A DNA stretch of 64,000 nucleotides from assembly GCF_009914755.1 (NCBI RefSeq), contig NC_060926.1. The stretch is one strand, 5' to 3'. The translations under genes were made by a program, and so were the position numbers. Shown here piece by piece: positions 52,347 through 64,000 of this stretch (its first letter is position 1; each line of letters opens with the position of its first letter). This stretch comes from the human T2T-CHM13v2.0 reference genome, Homo sapiens. Under the pieces are notes generated by a model that saw only the letters and a program-made list of their open reading frames with translations, was not told the DNA's origin and did not search any database.

Positions 52347-52498
52347 CTTTATCTATACCCTCAGAAATAGTAATTTCTATTCAGGAACGGGAGTTAGGAA
52401 CCCAATTAAAGCTTTATTTAACCATACTTCCATATTTACTTTTTGCAATAAACTCTTATTATAGTACTTAGATTTTCATAATACATGCTTATATTTCC

Positions 52499-52804
52499 TT
52501 TTTTTAAATTTTTTTTTAATTCGAGACAGAGTCTCAGTCTGTCACCCAGGCTTGATGGCAGTGGCTTAATCTCGGCCCACTGCAACCTCCACCTCCCGGC
52601 TTCAAGAGATTCTCCTGCCTCAGGCTCCTGAGTAGCTGGGATTACAGGCGTACGCCACCATGCCTGGTTAACTTTTGTGTTTTTAGTAGAGATGGGGTTT
52701 CACCATGTTGGTCAGGCTGGTCTCGAACTCTTGACCTCAGGTGATCCGCCTGCCTCAGCCTCCTAAAGTGCTGGGATTACAGGCATGAGCCACCGTGCCC
52801 TGCC
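52499..52804 (-). mobile_element. AluSx-type SINE
   Basis: Full Alu; TSD tacatgct(t/a)atatttc. Confidence 0.92.
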
Positions 52805-53495
52805 TACATGCTAATATTTCTAAGTGATGCCTACTCACCAAGCTTGATTCAATGATACTGATTTTATGTAGAATTGGATTATATTCCAAAACATATAATA
52901 CCACTAATTATGAGTGGTATTTTTACTCAGATGAGTGATAAAAATGAGGGGTTATTCAAGCTTATGTGCATGAATAAATACAACTAAGTTAATATAATAC
53001 TGGACCAGGCATTTAAAAAAATTACTAATAAAATATCTCATGATCTAAGGGATTTTTATATATGAATAAAAGGAAGCAATTAAGAATTTGGCAACTAAAA
53101 TTGCTCAGCTTCAAAGCAAATGAATGCTGTTCCATAGTTTATATTTTTATATCTCTTTCTCTTGAAAATTTAGAAAATTTCTAATGCAGAAATCAGGTGC
53201 AAATCTAAGTGTAAAAAAAACAAATCCACATAATTTAATATTTTAGCCACTTTTGTCTCCAGATTATGTTAATAACAGAAGAAAATGATAAGGATTAATT
53301 TGTTATAAATCTGTAAACTGAAACACCGTATCATTTATCAAATAGACACGTAGCTTAATCTAGATTCAATGTATCTTAAATGGTCTTAATAATTGTCTAG
53401 AAAAACAAACCTGTAGCACATGGAGTTAGGCTAAACTTTCTAGCATAAAATAAGATGACAGAGATGCAAACATATTAAAATCACCATATAGCTTA

Positions 53496-53696
<201 letters not shown>

Positions 53697-53744
53697 TTAA
53701 GAAAAGATCATTAAAAAATGCTGTCACTGAAATTAGAACTTTTA

Positions 53745-55085
53745 AATGTCTGCCCTTCCTCTCAAACCCTCATTCCCAACCCCCTGCTCTGAGCATCTCC
53801 CCATTACAAAATGAAACCCTTTTTTCCCAGTTGCAGTGAGCAGACCCACATCTTGGTTTCTACTCTTTCCCACAATAAGGAGCTCTGGCTCCCGGGAGAA
53901 ATGTTGATTATAGGTTTAGGCAGGGAAGGTACGAAGTGAGTGTGAAACATCTTATTGTACCAAGAAACAAGGCATACACAGAAATATACAGGTCGCCACT
54001 TGAAGAGGTTCTCCCTGGCCAAAATGGATCCACTAAAACATCAAAAGAAGGATTACAGTAATTGACTGTAACACACTGAATTTAAAAAATAAAAATTTGA
54101 GCCCATAATAATAATAAATTATTTAAAAAGTAAACCGGGGAGACACGAAGAGCTTTCCTTTATAGAAGAATATTATCTAACAAATGTAAAGGGAATGCTA
54201 AAATAAGAAAATCACCATTTTGCAATCCTCGATTAAATAGTCATTTCAAACAAGGATCATCCATGGCTGCCAAAACCAATGGGTAAAAGGTGCTTGGGAG
54301 CCAAGACATTCACAGGGCCTAAGTGTGATTGCATAGATTCCACCAAAATTAAGAAGGAAAAAAAATACAGCTTTAAAAAGCAGCAGTGTAGCAGTGACCA
54401 CCTTAACCAAGTGATCAAACTCAAATGCCACTAAGAGCAGGGCAAGCTGACATTATGTTCTTCCTAATAAGATTCTGTATCAACTAACACAGCATAACCT
54501 ATAAAGTATTATTGCTAAATGTATTTAACCTTGATCTAATCAAGCAATTAGACCTAACTTCCATTTCATGAGAACTGCAGGGTAAAAAATGAAAGACAGA
54601 CTAAATATTCAGACAAATCCTCAGTGTGGGATTCTCAAAGACAACAGGTCTGCCTCTTTAAAACATCAATGTCATAGCAAAAAGCTAGAGGCAACTACTC
54701 CAAACTGGAAGAAACTAATGAGATATTCCCAGTGCAGTGCATGAATCTTGATTAGATCTTGGATGGAACAAAACAGCTATATATAAAATATTGTGAGGCC
54801 AACTGGAGAAATATGATTATGAATATTTCATAATGCCCTTTGAAACTGTATGCTAACATATGTAGGGGTAAAGTGGCATGGTATTAAAATTTATTTTTAA
54901 AAGGTTCATAAAAAATGAATGTGAATGCATATGCATGTACACACACACACATACAAATTGAGAGCTCAAATGTGAAGAAATGTTAACAACTGTTAAATCT
55001 TGGTAAAGGGTATAAGGATATTTCCTAAATCTTTCAACGTTTCTGTGTTTGAACATTTTTTTAATGAAAAGCTGGGAGAAAAAAA
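53745..55085 (+). mobile_element. Old L1M (L1MC4/ME-like) 3' region
   Basis: accaccttaaccaagtgatcaaa...; aatgttaacaactgttaaatcttggtaaagggtata. Confidence 0.6.
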
Positions 55086-55688
55086 CTATTGAATTTGTCA
55101 TATCTGTACAAGATGATAACTTAGATCCATAACTTTTTAGATATGGAAAAACAAAGATGAGTCATGGGTCCACGTGAACATGACCATCAGGCAGGAGGAC
55201 GTGTGGGACTGGAAGCTCTCTGATTCCCTTCTCCAGGTGCATTTCTGTATTTTCTGACCATCTCTACAACCCCTTCATTCACTTCATCCTTTTTTCCTTC
55301 CTTTCTACCCTCTATTTCTCTCTTTAGCCTGTGACATTCTCCTAGCGATGTTAGAAAACTCTTAGTTCCTCTTGTGCTAAGGTATACCTAAAAACCTTGG
55401 CTCATCTAGGAAGCAAGTGATCGTTTCATACATTCACAGTATGTAAGCACAAAGTGCTGCAAAAATATGATTACTAAAGAGGGACTGACACTGTGAACTC
55501 TTTTGCTTCAATTCACCAAATATATATTAATAAATCATATTTGTGGACTATTTCATTACCATATTAAATAGTAGTATACCTTCTACCATAAATCTCCATT
55601 AATAATCAGAAATAGGGCACAGTTCTTTGGAACACCAACTCTGTAGTACTTCTTGCAAACCCATCCTACATTCTATATTGCTCTGGGC

Positions 55689-55872
55689 CTGTGGTTCTTA
55701 GCGTGATCCATGGGCCAGCACCGTCAGCATGCCCTGGGAGCTTATTAGGAGTGCAGATTCTCTGGCCCTACCCTAGACTACAAAATCAGAAAAATCTGGG
55801 GACGAGGTCTGGAGCTGTGTTGGCGTGAGCCCTCCAGGTGATTCTGAGACACACTAAAGTTTGAAAAACACT
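55689..55872 (+). mobile_element. MER5A, intact
   Basis: gtggttct...gccctccaggtgattctga...ctaaagtttgaaaaacact. Confidence 0.85.
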
Positions 55873-55998
55873 TTAGGCTGTGCCAGTTGATTTAAAGGGA
55901 AAGGAAAGCTTCATTATGCACTGAATCCACACATGAAGAAATGTTTTCATGGCACCAGGGATTTCAACCTGGTGCCAGATGAAGTCAAATCTTACTTA

Positions 55999-56295
<297 letters not shown>

Positions 56296-56646
56296 CTACT
56301 CGCCACCCCATCTCAAATTTCTTTAATTGGGTCACCAAATAATTTATTCTAAAAATTAATAACCAACATATAGTAGCTGAGTTAGCAATCTAAAAACAAC
56401 ATCGGAGAGACTAGAGCTTATACAATAACACCTAAAGGTATGAAACCAGTAACCCAACTATTGTATAATAGTTAGAGAATGGGGCTTCACTTGTTTTCTT
56501 CTACAAATCATGCGAGGATTAGGGAGGTCAGTATATAAATCTGCTCATAATTTGCCTATGAACTGGCACTTAAAATAATATGTTCAGTTACATGATCAAT
56601 AATGTGATTTTTTTTAAATATATGAAATAAGATTTAAAGAATAGTC

Positions 56647-56980
56647 CTGGAATTAATGGCATTCCCAGTGACTTGGAAGAAACTGGAGACTATTATTCAA
56701 AGTGAAGTAACTCAGGAATGGAAAACCAAACATCGCATGTTCTCACTGGTATGTGGGAGCTAAGCTATGAGGACACAAAGGCCTAAGAATGATACAATGG
56801 ACTTTGGGGACTTGGGGGAAGGGTGGGAGGGGGGCGAGGGATAAAAGACTACAAATAGGGTGCAGTGTATATTGCTCAGGTGATGGGTGCACCAAAATCT
56901 CACAAATCACCACTAAAGAACTTACTCATGTAACCAAACACCACCTGTACCCCAAAAACCTATGGAAAAATAAAAAAAAA
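56647..56980 (+). mobile_element. L1PB1-like 3' end
   Basis: gaagtaactcaggaatggaaaaccaaacatcg...gggataaaagactacaaat...; A-tail; TSD-like aagaata(g/t)tc. Confidence 0.85.
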
Positions 56981-57651
56981 AGAATATTCTTTATAGTAAT
57001 AAAAAATTAATTTCTATTGCATGTGTTTCTTTCACATGCAGTTAAAAAAATACCTAGTGACAAACTTAGGTTATAGGACAGGAAACAAATTGTTTGATCA
57101 TCTTTGGCTGAAGACGAAAGCTATAAAATACATCAAAAAATAATACCTGTATCATACCACTAATTTAAAGGGGTAAATCAGAAATTAGATTATCTTTGAA
57201 AAAAATGTTGAAATAGGCAACATCCAAAAGCATTCTTTTTAAGACTAAAAATTCCATCCCATTAGCACTTTCCCAGCAGGCATCCAACTCATATGCCCTG
57301 AGCACCTTTTATGTGCCAAGCACTATTCTAATCACCGAGTATTGAGCAGCAAACAAGACAGACAAAATGCCTGCCCGTACAGAGGTTATATTCTAATAAG
57401 TAACACAAACAATAGAAAACAGGGAGTTCTATGAAGTAAAAGCAAAGTAAGGAATTGAAAGTAATGGGAAGAGAAAGGGAATAAACTTACTCTGAAGTCA
57501 ATCTGGCCTTTCAGATGCCAAATTAGCCCTTGGCACTTAACCATGTTTAAGACTTCATTATCATTTTTTAAATATTTCAGGTAACTTCAATTTGTATGCA
57601 CGTGTATGTACGTGAAACTGTGTGTGGGTGTGTGCTTACAAATGTGAGTTA

Positions 57652-57918
<267 letters not shown>

Positions 57919-59629
57919 CTAAAGGATTGGAATTTTCATTAGTTTCATGGATTCATAGTGAAAATTTTGAACATTTAAACACTAATATTCTCCTAATTAT
58001 AATGTCTCACATTTATACAGCCCTCTATCCCTTACAGAGATTTTTCACTTCTATTTTCTGATTTGATCATCACAACCACACCAAGCAGCAGGTCAGGAAA
58101 ATGTCACTGTGCCCCTTTCATTGATAATGAAGACGGAGCTCACATGAGTCAGTCAACCTTTTCAGGTGGCACGGTGAAGAAAAGGGAGCTAAATCACTAG
58201 TCCCTGCATGTGATATTCTGGTCAAGGATATACTCAAACATCTAAGCGTGGGCCATTGCACAGGAGCTGACTCACCCTGAGTTTAACACCTTCACTGACA
58301 ATTTCTGTAATGGAGATTGGAAATATGCCCCCAAACAACCACAGAGGACAGCAAGACAGGACAGGGCCAAAAATGGTGCCATTAAATTTGAACAGATAAC
58401 AAGCTTTAATCAAAATAGCTTTGGTACACTGGAAAAGAACTACAAGAATAAAGTCCCTAAGGGAAAATGACAAGTAGTCAGCTTCTTCTGGAAGAAAAAT
58501 GAAATGTAGATGTAGCTGGTTTAATTTCACTCCAAAAACCTGCCTCAAGTGCCTGCTCTGTGCCAGGATCTGGGCTGGGTATTGGCGAGAGACACAGTGT
58601 GGCTTTACAGCCATGGCTGAAAAGGGAGCCCAGCAGTTACAAGAGTGGTTATGCTGATGAAACTGATCAAAGTTCTAGAATTTAGAATATAAGAAACATG
58701 AGCTTGGAGGAGAGAGTGGAGAGAGTGGAGGCCAGGACCAGATTAGCTGAGCAACCTCACAGAAGTGTTGGGAGCTACTCCTCAGGGCAAGGCTCCAAGC
58801 TGAGCCGTGATCCAACTTGCTGACTGTGGCTTTATGAAGAAAACATGTCTCCAACATGAAAGCAGGCTTCACCACTGAAGGCCATGCCTAGTCAAGGCCA
58901 GAGAGAGGTTGCTCAGAATGGTGGAGGTGGCAGAAAAGATCTGGGCATGAGTGACAGGCTGAGGATGGATTGCAGCATTTGGTGATGATTAAACCAGGAG
59001 AGTGAAGGAGAAATAAGGGAACTACACTAGGAGAAAGGTTGGAGAGTCACACCACTAACAAGCACGTAGATTTAGAAGCTGTGCCCTGTCAGATGTGTGT
59101 ACAGAAACCATAACCATGTAACAAGAGCTTCCTCGTCATTGCACACATGCACCCAACTCTGCAAAGTGTTTTCACACACATCATCACTTCTTTTTAATCT
59201 CCAAAGCTTACCACCATTATAGGTCCATATTCGGAGTGAAGTTAGTACTTGTTGAACAAACAATGAACTGAAAGCCAAACCTACTGCACAATATTATGAA
59301 AAGCATCAATGTCCAGGATCTGAAGTAACTACTGTTAAATAGCAAGGAAGGGACTAGCATATATTCAGTTCAGCACCCAAAGCAATGCTTCATCAATAAT
59401 TATTATTGAGCATTGTCTATGTGCTTAGCCCCAGCTCAGTGAAGGTGAAATCCTATTTCAATGAGTGAACGAGACTTTATAGTTTCTGCTTCTTATTGTA
59501 GAATATAATGAACCCAACCTTGGAGTTGAAAATCACCACTAAAGAAAGTTTCGCATGTGCATTAATCATGTTAAAATATTAGAGAAGAATGTGTAGCTAC
59601 GAGGGGATGCTGAGTTCAGAACCTTGCTA

Positions 59630-59935
59630 CATAAATAAATAGATACATACATACATACACACACACATAGGTAGATACATAGAATATACCTATATCCTAT
59701 ACAGATATATAAATTCTATATTCTATATATAATAGATATATATTCTGTATTCTATAAATATATATTCTATATTCTATAATATATATTCTATATCTATATA
59801 GATCATATATAGAATCTATATAGATCATATATAGAATCTATATAGATTCTATATACCATATAGTATAGATACATACTCTATATTTTTTATATATATATTC
59901 TCTCCATATATATAGGTATATGTATATTCTCTATA
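59630..59935. repeat. AT-rich (TA/TAGA/TCTA) low-complexity tract
   Basis: Directly visible. Confidence 0.9.
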
Positions 59936-60298
59936 ATTGGAGAACCCAGAGTACTTTCAAAGAAAAACACTGAAATCACTAAACCATGAAAGAAATGGCT
60001 CTGAAATGACAAGTAAGAAATGACAAATGGAATTAATTTATCTTGAAGAAAAACAAACGTTGGTGGGGAAATTAATAAACATTACCCTATAGGGAACTAT
60101 GCACATACTATAAAGAACTGGACTTCAGCTAGGGGCGAGGTACGTGCAAGGGAGAGAAGTTATTGGGAGAAGGGGCAATGAAACACTGGTACAAGTTACC
60201 AAGTAAGATTGTTCAAGAACCACTGCCTGACAGCTCAGAACACTCAGCATCAGCTACACCAGCTCAGCATAAAGACCAAAAGACTGAAAGGGTGCTCA

Positions 60299-60565
<267 letters not shown>

Positions 60566-61249
60566 TCAAGATGCTCACAATACAATGGGCAAAGGCTGAA
60601 AATCAATATCTCGTTGCATACAACGTGGAGGGGTACTTCACCAGTGTTCTACCAATGTCGGTATATTTCCTAGCTATAACTGGAGTAGAGGCCACTTAAA
60701 ATGGTGTCTGGAATAAGAAGCTAGGGTATCCCACTGGCAGCTGAACTTTTAGCATGGTCATGTGTGTGGGAAGCTTATGACAAGGAAGAAACCTACATCA
60801 ATAATCCCTCCATCTTCAGTACATAGTGAAGGCCAAAGCTAATATAAAAAGCTGCCAAGTACACTCCCTGATCACTTACCAGGCCTCATTTAATTATTCT
60901 CCAAATCACCATCTACCACAAGACCGGCTACTTAATTACCTAACCTGATTTCTGTGATGAAAAATGCAAAGAATTTTGAAAACTGACACAGAAAATAGGA
61001 GAAATAATGAGTAACACTTTTCTGTGAGAGTGGAATCTCATTATCATGCTGTTATGGGGTAAGGAAGACTTCTTTTTTCTTTCTATTTCACAGCGATCAG
61101 GTACACATGAACCATAATTACCACACAGCATTGCCAAATCCATGATATATGAAAATGTATTAAAATATATTAAGGGCTGTTTTCCATTTCCACTGAAGAT
61201 GTAAGTTCTAGACTTGAACCCAACTTTTAATTCCTTTTGATTGCACCTC

Positions 61250-62620
61250 CTTCTATATCTTCAACAGACAATTCTCCTACATTCTTTTCTGAAAAGTCCT
61301 TAAACCCCTTCATTTAAATAGTCTTTATTCACCTACCTCTTCCACCACCAAATCAATATACCCGTCCTTTGAATTTCATCTTCAACTCTAAACTTCTCCG
61401 CCTCTAAGTTCTCAAACTCTGAAATGCTCTGCTTCGACCAAAAACTCTCATTTCTTCCTTGCTTTAACTTTTCCTATTAAACTTGTTCTTTGCCCTTAAG
61501 CCCTGCCTGAGCTCCCAACCCTCCAGTCCTTCTACACCTGGACATCATATGTAACCATTTCAACAATATTCTTATTTATTCTTTTGGGTTCCCATTGTGT
61601 CTAAGCTAATCTCCAACCCTGGGTTTCTGCCCTTTTTTTTCTTTCTCCTCTCCCATTTCAGGGTACCAAGAGTTTCCTGGACATAGCACAAAACTTTCGT
61701 GAATTCTGAATTCACTAAAAATCTAAGTTCCCTAATCTAAGCTGAGGATTCTCATCCCTAGCAGACTTTATATCATGTTCCGCATATTGACTATTTCAAG
61801 TCATTCTACTTCATAAATTTCGAATTCCTTCCCCATAACTTTCACTCTCAATCAATTATTTCTTCATCCTTGATCTTTCATCTGCTGCTAAAGAATACAC
61901 TCAGGTTTCTCTATTCTGAAAGACATTTTCCTGTTACATTTTGACCTACAAGTTTATCTTTCTCTAACTTTCCAATACAAAATTCTTAAAAGAGTATTCA
62001 CATTTCCTCATCCTCCTTCCATTCTTTTAACTTCTACTATCTCTATTCAACATCCTCTCTTGAATATCATCAGAGACCCTGTAACTGCCTCAGCTCTTTA
62101 TTAGTGATCATCCACAAAGATATTTTTCTGCAACAACTGGTTCAATAACATTTATCACAACTTTATCAAGACTTTCTCTTCACTGAGAATCCAAGATATT
62201 AGATCCTCAAGTCTCTGTCTTGTTTCTCCTCCTATGTCCTCTGACAAAATTCTAAGCTCTTCTAATTGTCTCCCAACCCAACTGGGTTGCTCTTAGTCAC
62301 TTGAACAAACCCTCAATTTTCTGTCCCTTTGCTCTTGACCTTCCATCCTTCATATCGCCTGATATATCTTAAAAGCTAGCTCTGCCCAGTGAAATTCTAG
62401 GTATGCTTTAAGATCCAGTCCAAATGATATCTCTTCCACCAAGCTGAAATGTCACCTCTTTATAGCACTATCATCCCAATTTTTTTAGCCTCTCTTGTGG
62501 CTCTTAATCTTATATGAATCTGGGTTATTGTTATTTATACACAGGCCTTATCCTCCTTACTAAGCCATAAATCCTTAAGGTTGCAAATTAGGTCTTTAAT
62601 CTTTGTATCCACCCTCTGAA
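61250..62620 (+). mobile_element. Degenerate L2 region
   Basis: Pyrimidine-rich L2-like text ending in ccttatcctcc..actaagccataaatccttaagg...tctttaatctttgtatcc. Confidence 0.5.
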
Positions 62621-62639
62621 CTCCCCACCATGGCCCCAT

Positions 62640-63068
62640 GAAAGAGACTGCCTCCACTTGCCAAAATTAATGTCTTCCTCTTCTCTCTGGGTAAATAGGT
62701 GGACTGCATGTCCTTCCGTGCAGTTAGCTGTGGCCATGTGACCCAATTCTAGCTTAAGGAGTGTGAGCAGAAGTGGCGTGCACTACTTGTAGGCCTGGCT
62801 CATAAAAACCTCCCAGCAAATTTCTGAACGTTCTTTCCTTTACTGCTCGAAAGATCTTGATACTCAGAATGACCTAGGAAGCCTCCTACTGAAGATGGCA
62901 GAGCATCCATCAGCCTGGGTCCTGAATGACTACGTAGAGTAGAGCTTCCTCCCATCTTCTGCCCAAACCCCACTGCCCATATAAAAGACAAAAAAATTTC
63001 TATTTTCTTTGAGCCATTACATATTTAGGAGTTTATTTGCTTCAACAGTTAGCTATCTTAACTAACAC
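62640..63068 (+). mobile_element. Solo MLT1 LTR
   Basis: gcagttagctgtggccatgtgacccaattctagc...tgtgagcagaagtg...gaagatggcagagc...gagccatt. Confidence 0.8.
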
Positions 63069-63634
63069 ACCACCCAACAAAGGTACACAATGCAGAAATG
63101 TCTGATAAACGAAAAACAAATAATGAGTGAGCCTGAGTTTCAAAAGTAGAATTTCGAACCTAAGACAGTCCTTCTTCTAGAAAGAATAACTGAAAACTAG
63201 TACAAGCCAGCAGGCACAGAATAGAATGTTTGCTTCTTGTGCCCTTTAAAAATTGGATTTGGTTTCCATGTCATCCTTATTTGAAACAGAGCGCTAATAC
63301 AAATTACTTCTTCAGTGCCCTTCTAGGCCTAAGAATCTGATAACTTTCAAACATTAAGCCAAAATCCACTTGGAATGATGCTACAATCTCTTTAAAAAAA
63401 AAATCAGTGTTCATATTTTACAATTTGTTATTCTGGTTTATAATATGGTATAGTAGATCAACAGAATGAAATAGCCAATCAAACAGACCGGAGGACTCCA
63501 GCCTACATCCATTAAGACCATTTTCTCCTAACTGGTCTCCCTGGCCCTGGCCTCTCTCCACACCAATCCTGACCAATTTTTCTAAAACACGAATTTGGTT
63601 CTTTCACTCCCTTCCTCAGAATTCCTTGCTAGGA

Positions 63635-63880
63635 AGAGAAAACCAAATACCACATGTTCTGACTTATAAGTGGGAGCTAAACATTGAGCACACATGGACA
63701 TACACATGGGAACAACAGACACTGTGGACTACTAGAGAGGGGAGGAAGGGAGGAGGGCATGGGTTGAAAAACTAACTATCGGGTACTATGCTCACTATCT
63801 GGGTACAATATACCCATGTAACAAACCTGCACATGTGCCCCCTATAACTAAAATAAAAGTTGAAATTTTTTAAAAAAAAA
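63635..63880 (+). mobile_element. L1PA15/16-like 3' end
   Basis: aaccaaataccacatgttct..cttataagtgggagctaaacattgag...gtaacaaacctgcacatgt. Confidence 0.85.
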
Positions 63881-64000
63881 TCCCTACTTGCTCCTTATCA
63901 CTCAAAAGAATAAAGTTCAACTTCTTAGCATGATATTAAAGGCCCTCCTTGATTTGTCCCCAAATGACCTTATCTGTTGTATCTCCCATGTGGTCAACAG

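Noticed and set aside
56806-56834. G-quadruplex motif
   Set aside because: Standard G-rich tract of the L1PB 3'UTR; not locus-specific

Overview
This is primate (almost certainly human) genomic DNA from the middle of LRP2 (megalin), encoded on the minus strand. I resolved 31 consecutive coding exons, the last cut by the window edge. All visible splice sites are GT-AG and the exon phases join into one uninterrupted reading frame of about 6.47 kb. It encodes YWTD beta-propeller/EGF modules, a complete cluster of 10 LDL-receptor class A repeats, a further EGF-EGF-propeller-EGF module, a complete cluster of 11 class A repeats and two EGF repeats. Exon numbers (35-65 of 79) and residue numbers are recalled from the LRP2 reference transcript and agree with the measured exon lengths, but were not checked against a database. 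The introns hold ordinary mammalian repeats: Alu, L1, L2, MIR, MLT1 and hAT/TcMar fossils, plus microsatellites. Repeat subfamilies were called by eye. I found no CRISPR array, RNA gene, second protein-coding gene or evidence of a new biological system. The most unusual signals are small DNA-repair and retrotransposition scars: a MER5A whose centre is replaced by a copy of sequence 4 kb away, a poly(A)-only insertion with a target-site duplication (TSD), and a very young AluYc1-like element. There are also several local hairpins and splicing-related motifs.
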